From positions 9,139 through 73,138 of the IMG/VR virus record IMGVR_UViG_3300018432_000005: a DNA stretch of 64,000 nt; one strand, given 5' to 3'. A program made the translations under genes and the position numbers. Below the pieces are notes generated by a model. It saw nothing but the letters and a program-made list of their open reading frames with translations. It was not told the DNA's origin and searched no databases. The first letter of the stretch is position 1. Each line of letters opens with the position of its first letter. Positions 9,789 to 19,897 of the stretch are shown here, in pieces. This DNA is from a virus.

Positions 9789-10978
9789 GTCAGCAGATCC
9801 CGACGACGCAAGCGCTCTCGGAAGACTTCGTCGCGCAGATGGACGCGGCGACCGAGCACACCACGCCGCTGCTCGCGCGCGCCTACACGCGCGTGCTCGG
9901 CAAGGTGCAGGCCGGCGTGTACGTGCTCCTGTACAAGTACGTCGGCTGGATGCTTCTACAGCAGTTCATTCAGCACGCGTCCATGCGTGAGACGACGATC
10001 CTCGGCCGCAAGATCCGGCCGCTGGTCGAGTGGGGACGGCTCGTCGGTGCTGGCGATCCGCTCGAAGCGACGCGGGCCGAACTGACGATCGCCGTGCAGG
10101 TGCAGGTGCAGACCGGGAGTCTGCCGGCCGGCTCGCAGCTCGTGTTCCCGTCGAGCGGCGTCGTGTACGTCACGACGGCCTCGATCGCGCTCAATGCCGC
10201 GACCGTGTACCCGACCGTCCGCGCCGTCTCGGATCAGCGCGGCGGCGCCGGCGCGGGCACCGTCGGCAACCTCGCGCCGGGCGCCGTGTTGCAGTTCGCG
10301 CAGCCCCTGCCCAACGTCGCGCGACAGGCGCCCGTGACGGCCCAGACGGTCACAGGCGCCAACGCAGAGACCGAGCCCGCCTACCGCGCGCGCATCATCC
10401 GCCGCGTCCAGGCCAAGCCCCAGGGCGGCGCCGCGGCCGACTTCCGGCTCTGGGGCGAAGAGAACCCCGGCATCCCCCACGTCTACCCGTACCGGGGCGC
10501 CCCGGGCGAGGTCGACTTGTACGTCGAGGCGACCGAGGCGAGCTCGGGCAGTGTCGACGGCATCCCCACAAGCGGCCAGCTCGACGCCGTCAAGGCGCTC
10601 GTCGAGCTCGACGTCGCCGGCCGCGCCTCGCGCCGCCCCGTGCTCGCCTTCGTCAACGTCCTGCCGATCACGCGCACGGCCTTCGACGTTCGCGTGACGG
10701 GACTCGAGAGCAGCGACGAGGCAGCGGCGGAGGCAGCGATCGAAGATGCCGTCGACGAGTACCTGCGCTCTCGCGAGCCCTTCATCGAGGGCCTCGCGGT
10801 GCTGCCGCGCCTCGACCGCATCACGCAGGCGGCCATCAGCGGGATCATCGACGACGTCGTCGCGTCGCTGGGCGGCAGCGTCGCAGCCGTCGCGCTTGAG
10901 CAGGGAGGTAACCCCTTGCCCGCGTACACCCTGGCCAAGGGCGAGAAGGCAAAGCTTGGCTCGGTCACTTCCATCTAA
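9785..10978 (+). CDS. Baseplate J-like protein (Mu gp47)
   Basis: GTVGNL...GANAETEPAYRARI...PQGGAAADFRLW motif. Confidence 0.9.
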   Translation: MSQQIPTTQALSEDFVAQMDAATEHTTPLLARAYTRVLGKVQAGVYVLLYKYVGWMLLQQFIQHASMRETTILGRKIRPLVEWGRLVGAGDPLEATRAELTIAVQVQVQTGSLPAGSQLVFPSSGVVYVTTASIALNAATVYPTVRAVSDQRGGAGAGTVGNLAPGAVLQFAQPLPNVARQAPVTAQTVTGANAETEPAYRARIIRRVQAKPQGGAAADFRLWGEENPGIPHVYPYRGAPGEVDLYVEATEASSGSVDGIPTSGQLDAVKALVELDVAGRASRRPVLAFVNVLPITRTAFDVRVTGLESSDEAAAEAAIEDAVDEYLRSREPFIEGLAVLPRLDRITQAAISGIIDDVVASLGGSVAAVALEQGGNPLPAYTLAKGEKAKLGSVTSI

Positions 10979-10999
10979 CGAGGGCGAGCGAACAACACC

Positions 11000-11866
11000 A
11001 TGGCGATCAAACCGAAAGAGCGATACCCGGCGCAGATCGAGGTCAGCGATCCGGGCTATCCCTGGGGCAAGGCGCGCAACGTCGGGACGGCGGGCGACGG
11101 CTCGGGCACGCCTTGGACGGCTGCTGTAGCCAACGACATCTTCGGCTTTTTTCAGGCCCTCTTGCACGCAGGCGGCAACATCGAGCCGAGCGACGAACCC
11201 GACAAGCTCGGCGCATCGCAGTATCTCGATGCCATCCTCGCGATCATCGGGAGCGGCTTCAACGTGCTTGCCGGCACGCTGTATCAGAAGGCGGCGTTTC
11301 TCAATAAGAACTACGCCTGGAGTGGCACGCACACGATCTACGCGCTGATCGCCGACTACTCGTTCAAGCTCGGCAGCAGCAGCGCGATCGAGACGGCCAT
11401 GCCGCTTGCTGTCAGGACCATGGCGCCCCTGACATCCGCGCAAGCCCTTCGCTTCAACAACTCGATGGTCTGTTACTTCTCCATCGATCGTCTGTACGTG
11501 AAGAGCGACGGCGCAAACCCGATGGCCGTTCGCTTCAACGTGCGGATCCCGTCTGGCTGCGAGTTGCTCGACGTGATCGTGTCCGGCAAGCCGAACGCGG
11601 ACCCCATCACCGTGACGCTTCATCGACTGACAAAGTCGATCCTCGTGGGCAACCCCGGCTCGCACACGGAATTGTCGCTGACTGTTGCGGCGACGATCAC
11701 GGGCAGCGCGAACAACGTGACCGCGACCCTGCAGGTGCCCGAAGTCATCAACAACGCGACGAGCGAGTATTGGGTCGAGGTCAACGTCGGCAATGACGCT
11801 ACGACGCTCGCTCATATCCACTTCGTCGAGCTGCATTGGGTTCCGAAGTTTCTGTCGGCGCGTTGA
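11000..11866 (+). CDS. Short tail fibre-like protein
   Basis: Fibre-attachment-like N-terminus (YPWGKARN...GTPWTA...NDIFGFFQALL...SQYLDAI); beta-rich C-terminus. Confidence 0.6.
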   Translation: MAIKPKERYPAQIEVSDPGYPWGKARNVGTAGDGSGTPWTAAVANDIFGFFQALLHAGGNIEPSDEPDKLGASQYLDAILAIIGSGFNVLAGTLYQKAAFLNKNYAWSGTHTIYALIADYSFKLGSSSAIETAMPLAVRTMAPLTSAQALRFNNSMVCYFSIDRLYVKSDGANPMAVRFNVRIPSGCELLDVIVSGKPNADPITVTLHRLTKSILVGNPGSHTELSLTVAATITGSANNVTATLQVPEVINNATSEYWVEVNVGNDATTLAHIHFVELHWVPKFLSAR

Positions 11867-11867
11867 G

Positions 11868-12095
11868 ATGAGACGCCGCGTCGGCCCTGATATCGTCAAG
11901 CGAGCCGAGCTCGTCGACACCGCGATGCGGCACTGTCACGTCGACGTCGACCGGTTGACCGGCGTCGCGCTGATCTTGCTGGGCGTCGAGTTGCTCGAAG
12001 ACGACGGCCGCTCGCCTGACGACCTGCGCAACTTCTTCGAGAAGGTGCTCGCCGCAGCGCCGCGCGATGTTCGCGCGGACACGGCCGGTACTTAG
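11868..12095 (+). CDS. Hypothetical protein
   Basis: Short ORF coupled to the upstream stop; GC3-rich codons. Confidence 0.5.
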   Translation: MRRRVGPDIVKRAELVDTAMRHCHVDVDRLTGVALILLGVELLEDDGRSPDDLRNFFEKVLAAAPRDVRADTAGT

Positions 12096-12886
12096 CGGCA
12101 GGTCTGCATGCGCAGTTGGGTCTTGCGGGGTGCGCCGCAGGTCCAGCTCGTCTCGCGGGTGTAGTCGAGCTCGACGCCAAAGAGCGCGACCTCGCCGCAC
12201 TTGGGCGCAGTCAGCCACCAACCTTCGCGCGGGCCATCCCAGCGCGCGCGAAGCACCTCGTAACACTCTTGCTGGTTGGGGTAGTCGCCCGCTTCCCAAT
12301 CGAAGTTCGCAGGCGGACAGCGGTAGTCGTCGGGTGTGAAGGTCGGGCACTGCGCCACCTCGGTCACGAGCGCGGTCTCTACGCCGTCGCAGTCGAAGTC
12401 GAAGGAACCATCGCCGCGGTGCTCGCCGGATCCGCCGACGGGGCGACCGGGGTAGGCGCGCGCGTTGCCGTCGTAGCAGTCGCTACCGTTGGTGACGTAG
12501 CCGCTCGGCAGGGTCAGCGTGCACGACGCGAGCGCCGTCGCGGGGTCGCCAAAGCCGTCGCCGTCGCTGTCGCGGTAGATGAGGGTCTCGCAGCGCGGGC
12601 GCTCGTAGACGGGCAGCGAGCCGGCGTCGGGCACCACGGCTCCGGCGTCGTGCTCGAGCGCAGCGGCATCGGCGACGGCGCTGGCGTCGGCCGCGATGGT
12701 GCCGGCGTCGGCAGGCTGCTCGAGCACGGCGGCGTCGCCCTGGGCGAGCTCGCTGCCGGCGTCGCGTTCGACGGCAGGACGCGCGACGACGGCATCGCCC
12801 TCGACCGGCGCCGCGAGCTCGAGCTCGTCGTCGCAGCCAACAAGCACACACATCGCCAACACGCACACCGTCAGACTTTTCAACAT
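12092..12886 (-). CDS. Lipoprotein with DAG repeats and a putative metal-binding (MopE-like) motif; moron
   Basis: Signal peptide with lipobox LVGC; repeated DAG/DAA linker; YRDSDGDGFGD...C...GYV.N..DCYD.....YPG; antisense to the tail operon. Confidence 0.75.
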   Translation of the reverse strand: MLKSLTVCVLAMCVLVGCDDELELAAPVEGDAVVARPAVERDAGSELAQGDAAVLEQPADAGTIAADASAVADAAALEHDAGAVVPDAGSLPVYERPRCETLIYRDSDGDGFGDPATALASCTLTLPSGYVTNGSDCYDGNARAYPGRPVGGSGEHRGDGSFDFDCDGVETALVTEVAQCPTFTPDDYRCPPANFDWEAGDYPNQQECYEVLRARWDGPREGWWLTAPKCGEVALFGVELDYTRETSWTCGAPRKTQLRMQTCR

Positions 12887-12946
12887 CGCTCGTTCGCCTC
12901 TGCCCGATCATATCGGACGGAAAGTGACGCAGCTTGAGAGGGGCGC

Positions 12947-13687
12947 ATGCTCTTTTTCCGCGTGCTGCAGCACCTACTGCCCCAGGCAACTGCGTGGCGG
13001 ATCACGGTGCAGAAGACCTTACGGTCTTTCTTCGAGGGCCTCGCCGTCGCTCCGTCCGACGTGCGCGACTTTGCCGACGCAGCTTGGCTCGACATCTTCC
13101 CCACGACGACGCGTGAGCTTGACCGCTACGAGACGCAGTTCGGCCTGACGCCGGCTGCGACCGACGCCGCGCGCCGGCAGCAATACGCGGCCGCATGGAG
13201 CGCCCAGGGCGGGCAGTCGCCCAAGTACCTGCAGGACGTGGTGCGCGCGGCGGGCTTCGACGTGTACCTGCACGAGTGGTGGATCCCCGGCACGCAGCCG
13301 CCGACCAAGCGCGACCCGCGCGCCTACACGACGCTGCCCGAGATCGGTACCGTCCAGTGCGGCGAGCCGCTCGCCCAGTGCACCGAGCCCGACGCGCCGC
13401 AGCCCGACCCGTTGCCCGTTGGCGTCGAGGTCTGGGAGCTCTACCCGCAGTGCAACGAATGGCTCGTCAATGACCCCGGCTATCTGGTCAATCGCGACCT
13501 GACACGACGTGCGCCGCCACCGGTGCCGAGTGATCCCGCGCGCTGGCCTTACTTCGTCTACTGGTGCGGCGAGACGTTCGGTCAAAAGGCCAACGTCCCC
13601 GCAGCGCGCCGCGGAGAGTTCGAGCGCCTCTTGCTCAAGCTCTGCCCGGAATACGCCTGGATCGTCATCTACGTCGACTACGTCTGA
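12947..13687 (+). CDS. Baseplate protein (Mu gp48 / YmfQ-like)
   Basis: LQHLLPQATAW...IFPTTT.ELDRYE..FGL...QGGQSPKYLQ...GF...FERLLLKLCP. Confidence 0.8.
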   Translation: MLFFRVLQHLLPQATAWRITVQKTLRSFFEGLAVAPSDVRDFADAAWLDIFPTTTRELDRYETQFGLTPAATDAARRQQYAAAWSAQGGQSPKYLQDVVRAAGFDVYLHEWWIPGTQPPTKRDPRAYTTLPEIGTVQCGEPLAQCTEPDAPQPDPLPVGVEVWELYPQCNEWLVNDPGYLVNRDLTRRAPPPVPSDPARWPYFVYWCGETFGQKANVPAARRGEFERLLLKLCPEYAWIVIYVDYV

Positions 13688-13712
13688 ACGTCCGAGCGTT
13701 CGAGCGCTTGGG
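13681..13712. repeat. Phased 8-bp repeat array B (4 units)
   Basis: cgtctgaa cgtccgag cgttcgag cgcttggg, just before the GGAGG RBS of the gene at 13726. Confidence 0.6.
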
Positions 13713-13725
13713 GAGGTTGTTGCAA

Positions 13726-14589
13726 ATGGACTATCAGATCGTGAAGTACGAGAGCGGCGTTGTGCCTGGTGCCAACGCGGATCCGTACGTGCTTTTCAAC
13801 AGCCTCGTCTATCGCGGCCAGAACCGCCCCGTCCGCTTCACCGACTTCGCGCGCTACGTGCTGTCGATCAAGAACCCGGCAGCGGGCACGCTCCGCGCCT
13901 ACGCACGCGACAATGGGTCGAGTTGGGAACAGTTCTGGGAAGTGGCAGTGCCTGCCGCGACCATGCGCAACAACCTGATCGGCATCCCGATCGAGCCGCA
14001 CGACGATGTGCGAATCGATTGGGTCAACGGCGGCGTAGCGCAGACCGGATGGTCGCTGACGCAGGCGCTTGACGACGGCCTCGTCGACCTTCGTCTGTTC
14101 TTCGCGGACAGCTCGGGCAACGCCGCGCCGACGACCATCATCAGCGGGCAACTGCCGACGTCGCTGGGGCAGAAGACCAGCGCGCAGAGTCTGAGCGTCG
14201 TCGAGGCAAGCGACAGCGCCGTGCGCAAGGCGGCGAGCCTGCGTGGCTGCGTGCGTGGCGAGATTTTGGCGATCACCGTCGGGCTGAACAGTAAAACGTT
14301 CAACGTGCCGGCTGCGTGGAAAGGCTACCACGTTCGCATCCAGGCCGACGGCTGCGACCTCTACTATCAGATCTCGACGACGAGCACGGCAGCCGTTGCA
14401 GACAAGAATGCGCGTGCGCAAGAGGTGAACAGCCCGATCGACCTGACCGCGAGTGCATCGGGGAACGGCTGCTTCAAGATCCCCAACGGGACGAGCTTCG
14501 ACATTCCATTCCCCGCCAGCTCGACCACGTTCGCGCTGCAGGCCAGCGTCGACGCCAGCGTCGCGCGCGCGCACCTGGCGGAGTCCTAA
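13726..14589 (+). CDS. Putative virion structural protein
   Basis: GGAGG RBS; beta-rich; lies in the tail module. Confidence 0.55.
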   Translation: MDYQIVKYESGVVPGANADPYVLFNSLVYRGQNRPVRFTDFARYVLSIKNPAAGTLRAYARDNGSSWEQFWEVAVPAATMRNNLIGIPIEPHDDVRIDWVNGGVAQTGWSLTQALDDGLVDLRLFFADSSGNAAPTTIISGQLPTSLGQKTSAQSLSVVEASDSAVRKAASLRGCVRGEILAITVGLNSKTFNVPAAWKGYHVRIQADGCDLYYQISTTSTAAVADKNARAQEVNSPIDLTASASGNGCFKIPNGTSFDIPFPASSTTFALQASVDASVARAHLAES

Positions 14590-14592
14590 GCG

Positions 14593-17500
14593 ATGGGGCC
14601 GCTTCGTCGTCGACCAACAGACTGCGCGCCGTCGCTGTCGCCATGCGATCGCGCGTTCGACCGTCACCCTGCGCTCGCGCGTCGCGTAGGAGGCGGAGGC
14701 AACCGCGGCCGCGGCGGGCGGCGCGAACAGGCGCTAGTGGGGGTCACGAACTTTTCAGCCGGTAATCGGCTCGAGTCTGCGGGCGGCGAAGCGGGCGCCG
14801 TGACTGGTTTCGGCGTCGTGCTGCTCGGCAGGCTCGACCGCGTGGTCGCCGCCTACCGCGTGCTCTGTCGTCGTTACAACGGCGCCAACGGATACGCGAT
14901 CGACATGCTCGCGAACAACGGGGCTTTCGCTTTCGCCGCGCTCGCCGATGACGGCACGCTCAAGCAAGCGCAGCGGTTCTTCGCGCAGTCCGACGTGGGG
15001 CGCATCGTGCTCTTCACGTGCCTGCTTCAAAACGGCGCGCTGCAGTTGTACGTGGGCCGCGAGCTCGTCGCGTCGACGCCCATCGTGGGCTATCGCGTGG
15101 CGACTGCAACGGCGAGCGGATTCGGTGCGGATGTTTCAGGCGTCACGCCCGCTGTAGACGCGACGCTGATCGCGCACCTGACACTGCGCGGCACCCCGAC
15201 GGCCGCCAACGTTGCCGCGTTTGCAGACGAAGTGCGTCTGACTGGCGACCTGCCCGAGAGCTTCCCCGGCGCGACGGTCACGCATAGACATAGCGTCAGA
15301 GACGAACTTCGCGACAAGCCCAACAACACGGGGCGTAAGACGCACGGGGCGCGCAACTTCAGCGCAGCGAATCACTTCGTCACCAACGCCGGGATGGTCG
15401 GTGCGGCGACGGGGTTCGCCGTCGCGATCGAGGGACGCTTCGATTCGATTCCGAGCGGCGCCAACGCGCGCATGTTCGGCAAGAGCAACTCTTTTAGCGC
15501 CGGCTGGCGGTTGTGCTGCATCAACGCTGCCTGGCAACTCAACGCGTTTGGCAACGCTGGTTCGGCGGACGAAAAAAACAGCCCGGCGTACACGGTCACA
15601 GCGGCCGACCTCGGTAGAAAGCGCCGCGCGCTCTTCGTTCACGATGGAACGAAGTTGCGGACCTATGTCGAAGGCTACGGCCAGATCGGCGACGGCACAG
15701 CGATCACCGGATTCACGCCATCACCGGGCAGCCCGCAGTATTTCGGGCGCGACTTCGGCGGCGCAGAGGCGTCGGCCATGTCGCTCTTTGCGGCATGCAC
15801 GGGACAAGTGGTGTTGTCGCCTGCGCAGGCGCTCGCCTACCTCGCGCAGTGCGAAGCAGCCGACGCGCTCGTGCCGTTCGCCGGTGCTGAGCACTTCTAC
15901 GATCTGACGCTCGACACCGGCAATGGAACGACTGTGTCGGCGACGATGACGGATCGGATCGGTACCGATCACATGGCGCGCGTGGGCGCGCTCGAGCTCG
16001 CGGTCGACATCGTCAAGGGACCCGCCGCGCCTGCGCAGATTACGGACACCGCCACGAAGGCGGGGGGCGATGCGCTTGTGGTCAAGGGAAAGCCCGAGAT
16101 CGTCACGATCGACCCGTCTGTCGAGGGGCGGCGCACGCTGGGGGCGCAGGGTTTTTCGTCGTCGAGCTGCCTACGCACCGCGGACGGGGCGGGCATCCGT
16201 GGCGCCTCGACGGGCTTCCACATCCGAACCGTCGTGACCTTTGGCAGCCTCTCGGGTATCGAGTATTTCGCGAGTTGCGCGAACGCCTCGGCGACTAGGG
16301 GTTGGTCGTTTCTCAGGCTCAACGCAACGTTGTATGCCTATGCCGGCAACGACACGGCGGGGCAGTCGATCCGCACGCTGACCGCAGCCGACCTCAATAT
16401 CCCGCACCTGCTCGAGCTCACGTACGACGGAGCAAAGATCGAGATGATCTACGACGGCGTGCCGTGTGGCGCCGCGACTGCGGGGTACACGCCCGTTGCC
16501 ACGTCTCCCATGCTGATCGGCAACCTGACGGGGCTTGCCTATCCAGCCGCGTCAACGAGCGTGTATCTGCTCGAGGGCGGCAACTTCGCCAGCACGTTGG
16601 CCGAGACGCAAGCGGCTTACGCGTACTGGCAGCGCACCGGCAAGCTCGAACAGACCCCGAAGTCTGAGCACCTCTACGACCTGACTGCAGACATCGCCGC
16701 CAGCGGCGTCGATGCTGTGCCGGCGCAGGTGCCCGACCGCATCGGCACCGATCACCTGACGCGCGTAGGCCCTGATGTGCAGGTGGCGGGGAAGCGCGGG
16801 CTCGCGCTCTCGGCCAACGGCTACATGCGCGGCGCCCCGGGCACCACAACGGGGATCGCGGGCGCTCCTACCGCGCTCACCGTGTCCGTGCTGTGGCACG
16901 CGACGGCGAACATCCTCGCCTCGCACTACCTTGCTGCCAAGTGGGGGCCGGAAAGCGGGGGACGAGGTTGGTTTATCGGCCGGTGGGGCGGAGCGGGATC
17001 AACAGGCGGGATTTACGTTCAACTGAACGGCACGCTGGTCGCCGCCTACGGTCTCCCAGCAAATCTCATTGGTCAACTCATAGTGGTGTCGATCACGTAC
17101 GACGGCACCAACCTACGGACCTATGTCGACGGTGCGCTCGTCAACACGAGCGCTGTCGCTAGCTACACGATCACGGATGCCGCCTTCACGGTGGGCACGC
17201 GCAGCGACGGCAACACATCGGGCGATGGTTCGTCGTTCTATGGTATCGACGGCGGCGCGTACGTCGCCACGCAGGCCGAACTTGCCACGCAAGCGACTGC
17301 GAGCAAGGCTGCGGGGCGCGTGGTAGCCATCCCTGGCAAGAACGCCGATCGTCGATACAACTTCGACGAAGACGCAGTCGAGCAGGCGACGACACTGCCA
17401 CTGCGCAGCATCAACCGTGCGAACGCGACCGATGATCCCCTTTTGCGCGTCGGCTCGGGTCTTACGCTCGCGCAGCGCACAGAGCGACTCTTCAGCTACG

Positions 17501-18231
17501 AGACGAGCCCCATCTGCACGTCTGTCGAAGATCTGTCGGTCGCCAACAACCTGCAGACTGCAGGTGGCCCGGTCGGGTCCGCTGCTGGTCTTCACTTCGG
17601 CATGCTGTGGCGCCCCACGCTGCAAAGTGGGTCCGCAACGCGCGTGCTGCTCGAGAAGATCAACACTGGTTACCTCGGCGGGTACGACTTCTTTACGTCC
17701 GGTCTGCACTCGATCCTGCAGTGGCAGATCTTCACTGCTGCCGGCGTCGGGACCGTCGCCACCGGGCTTACCATCACAGCAACAGACATCGGCAAACTGA
17801 TGTTCGTTGCGGGCGTGCTCGAGCCTAGTGGCAGCGGCTGGACATCGAAGCTGTACGCCAAGCGCGCGCTTCAAGGCAGTGGCACCGCGATCGCCACGTA
17901 CGCGCCGCCCACGCAGCCGCTGTTCGTTGGCGCGCGCGGCACGGGGGGCTTGCAGTTGCCCGCCACGAACAGCGGGATCTTGGGCATCGTCGGCGGCGAC
18001 TGCGCGCTGACTGCGGCTGAATACTTCGCGCTGCATGACGCCGTCATGCACACCGAAGAGATTCGCGGCATCGAAGGCAAGTCGAACTTTATGGTCAACT
18101 TCAAGCGCGATGCAGACGCGAACGGCGGCGTGCTGCCGGCGCAGTGCCTCGACCGTTTGGGCGCTGCGCACCTGACGCGCAACGGATCACCGATTGCAAC
18201 GCCCGTCTACGCGCGGGCATGGAGCATCTGA
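14593..18231 (+). CDS. Large multi-LamG/ConA-like domain adhesin / tail fibre
   Basis: About 5 lectin-like repeats (xTYDGTxLRTYVDG-type motifs) joined by repeated EHxYDLT...DRIGTDHxxRVG linkers; start codon uncertain. Confidence 0.7.
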   Translation: MGPLRRRPTDCAPSLSPCDRAFDRHPALARRVGGGGNRGRGGRREQALVGVTNFSAGNRLESAGGEAGAVTGFGVVLLGRLDRVVAAYRVLCRRYNGANGYAIDMLANNGAFAFAALADDGTLKQAQRFFAQSDVGRIVLFTCLLQNGALQLYVGRELVASTPIVGYRVATATASGFGADVSGVTPAVDATLIAHLTLRGTPTAANVAAFADEVRLTGDLPESFPGATVTHRHSVRDELRDKPNNTGRKTHGARNFSAANHFVTNAGMVGAATGFAVAIEGRFDSIPSGANARMFGKSNSFSAGWRLCCINAAWQLNAFGNAGSADEKNSPAYTVTAADLGRKRRALFVHDGTKLRTYVEGYGQIGDGTAITGFTPSPGSPQYFGRDFGGAEASAMSLFAACTGQVVLSPAQALAYLAQCEAADALVPFAGAEHFYDLTLDTGNGTTVSATMTDRIGTDHMARVGALELAVDIVKGPAAPAQITDTATKAGGDALVVKGKPEIVTIDPSVEGRRTLGAQGFSSSSCLRTADGAGIRGASTGFHIRTVVTFGSLSGIEYFASCANASATRGWSFLRLNATLYAYAGNDTAGQSIRTLTAADLNIPHLLELTYDGAKIEMIYDGVPCGAATAGYTPVATSPMLIGNLTGLAYPAASTSVYLLEGGNFASTLAETQAAYAYWQRTGKLEQTPKSEHLYDLTADIAASGVDAVPAQVPDRIGTDHLTRVGPDVQVAGKRGLALSANGYMRGAPGTTTGIAGAPTALTVSVLWHATANILASHYLAAKWGPESGGRGWFIGRWGGAGSTGGIYVQLNGTLVAAYGLPANLIGQLIVVSITYDGTNLRTYVDGALVNTSAVASYTITDAAFTVGTRSDGNTSGDGSSFYGIDGGAYVATQAELATQATASKAAGRVVAIPGKNADRRYNFDEDAVEQATTLPLRSINRANATDDPLLRVGSGLTLAQRTERLFSYETSPICTSVEDLSVANNLQTAGGPVGSAAGLHFGMLWRPTLQSGSATRVLLEKINTGYLGGYDFFTSGLHSILQWQIFTAAGVGTVATGLTITATDIGKLMFVAGVLEPSGSGWTSKLYAKRALQGSGTAIATYAPPTQPLFVGARGTGGLQLPATNSGILGIVGGDCALTAAEYFALHDAVMHTEEIRGIEGKSNFMVNFKRDADANGGVLPAQCLDRLGAAHLTRNGSPIATPVYARAWSI

Positions 18232-18233
18232 CT

Positions 18234-18818
18234 ATGACGTTTGCGCGAATCCCTGACATTGACCAATCACGCGTCGACTACTGGCGCGCACTCAATCACG
18301 ACGCAGCCTCGACCGACACGGATCTGCCCGTCGAAGAGCGACGCGACCGCGCTGACGTCATCCCCGGTAGCTTCATCAAACGCGATGATGATCTGCTGCT
18401 GTATGACGCGATCCCGTACCGCGTGATCGGTCCGGGCCGCGGCGCATGGTGCGTGATCGGGTACTACCCCGAATGGTTCGGCGACATGACGGTCGAACTC
18501 GAGTTCGTTGCCGAGACGGTCACCGACCGCGCGCCGGCCGACACAAACGAAGCACCCATGCCGGTGTTCCCTGCGCCGATCCTCTTGCGTACGGCGGGCG
18601 GGCAGCGCGCAAACCCTAGTGCAGCGACGACCGCAGAGCGCAAGCGAGCGAAGCGTCGCGACCTTCACGCGTTCATCGCCAAGCAGAAGCCCAGTGTGCA
18701 GGCACAACTTCGCGCAGCACTTGCTCGCGCGGGCGTACTGGACAGCCCCAAGCCTCGCCCCTGGATCTGCCGCCTCTGGCTGCGTCTCGTGCGCGGCATC
18801 GAGCGCACGCCGTACTGA
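18234..18818 (+). CDS. Hypothetical protein (possible fibre chaperone)
   Basis: GGAG RBS; follows the adhesin gene. Confidence 0.5.
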   Translation: MTFARIPDIDQSRVDYWRALNHDAASTDTDLPVEERRDRADVIPGSFIKRDDDLLLYDAIPYRVIGPGRGAWCVIGYYPEWFGDMTVELEFVAETVTDRAPADTNEAPMPVFPAPILLRTAGGQRANPSAATTAERKRAKRRDLHAFIAKQKPSVQAQLRAALARAGVLDSPKPRPWICRLWLRLVRGIERTPY

Positions 18819-19453
18819 TGCAGCTCGGGAATGCGGCGGCGATCGGCTTTTGGACCGGCGCCGCATCCCTGTTCGCGCTGTTCTGCGGCTGGCTGTCACG
18901 ACGCGCGACGAAGAAGTGGCAGGCCGAAGACGCGCGGGAGGAAGCGCAGCGCGCGGTCGACACGGCTGCTCGAGCGGCGGCCGCGCTGCCTCCGCCCGCC
19001 GCGGCCGCCGCACTCCCGCCAGCCATGGAACTGACCGTCACGCGGATGGCGCTGCAGCGCGCGCAGTTGCGCGTCGAAGAACTGCAGCTCGCCATCGCGC
19101 GCGTTCGGCACACGGCCGAAGAAGACCTACGCCGCCAGCGCAAAGCGATGGACGGCCTCTTGCTCGAAGACGACCGCAAGTCGCAGGCGATCAACGCCGG
19201 CCGCGCACGCGAGGAAGCGATGCGCGACGAGCTCGCCACGCTGCGCAAGCAACTCACCACCGGGGGGACTTATGTTGACCGACCTGACGCCCGACGACGC
19301 CCAGTCATTGAGCGCGGCAGTGATGCTCGCGATCGGCGCGCTGTTCAGCCTGATCCTCGTGTTCGGCCTACGCCTGGCGCGCAAGGCGACCAAGCAGTTC
19401 GAGGTAGCCACGGGGATCAAGCTGACCGAGGCCCAGCACCGCACGATCGATGA
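18818..19453 (+). CDS. Membrane-anchored coiled-coil protein (lysis-associated?)
   Basis: N-terminal TM segment plus coiled coil; 3' end overlaps the next gene by ~180 nt, so the end is uncertain. Confidence 0.45.
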   Translation: MQLGNAAAIGFWTGAASLFALFCGWLSRRATKKWQAEDAREEAQRAVDTAARAAAALPPPAAAAALPPAMELTVTRMALQRAQLRVEELQLAIARVRHTAEEDLRRQRKAMDGLLLEDDRKSQAINAGRAREEAMRDELATLRKQLTTGGTYVDRPDARRRPVIERGSDARDRRAVQPDPRVRPTPGAQGDQAVRGSHGDQADRGPAPHDR

Positions 19454-19823
19454 CGTGGTGACCAAGGGCATCCACCTCGCCCAGGAGCACGCCCGCAAGG
19501 TCGCACGCGGTCTGCTGACGAGCGCGAGCGTCACGCCGCAGGACAAGCTCGAGATCGCGAAGTCGGCCGCGCGCAGCCTCGCCCCGAAAGCACTGGCCGA
19601 GGTCAGCGAAGACCAACTCGAGATCCTGATCGAGGCCAAGCTCGCCAGCATGCGCCCCCCGCCTGACCCCTCGGCGCGGCGCCTGCAACCCTCGTCACCG
19701 GCTCCGCGCCACAGCATCCCGCCCCCCGGCGCCATCCCCTACTACGAGCACGGGCACGCGCCCTTCAGCCCCAGCGCGGCAACGCCTGTCCCAGGTCGAA
19801 GCCGTCGACCGCAAGACGTCTGA
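19272..19823 (+). CDS. Putative holin (LL-H-like)
   Basis: Single N-terminal TM then IDDVVTKGIHLAQE...DKLEIA...LEILIEAKL. Confidence 0.55.
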   Translation: MLTDLTPDDAQSLSAAVMLAIGALFSLILVFGLRLARKATKQFEVATGIKLTEAQHRTIDDVVTKGIHLAQEHARKVARGLLTSASVTPQDKLEIAKSAARSLAPKALAEVSEDQLEILIEAKLASMRPPPDPSARRLQPSSPAPRHSIPPPGAIPYYEHGHAPFSPSAATPVPGRSRRPQDV

Positions 19824-19888
19824 ACATCTAACCGTCTGCCTGTCTCAACGTTCTACCGTTCAACCGTCCGAACGTTTGGACGGTTCGA
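19817..19888. repeat. Phased 8-bp repeat array C (9 units)
   Basis: cgtctgaa catctaac cgtctgcc tgtctcaa cgttctac cgttcaac cgtccgaa cgtttgga cggttcga. Confidence 0.78.
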
Positions 19889-19897
19889 GGTGTTGCC

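Noticed and set aside
9956-11920. 654-aa minus-strand ORF
   Set aside because: Antisense shadow of the baseplate J and fibre genes, expected in high-GC DNA
7133-18231. Diversity-generating retroelement or invertible tail-fibre system
   Set aside because: No reverse transcriptase or invertase recognised, no TR/VR pair differing only at adenines, and the paralogues are co-oriented
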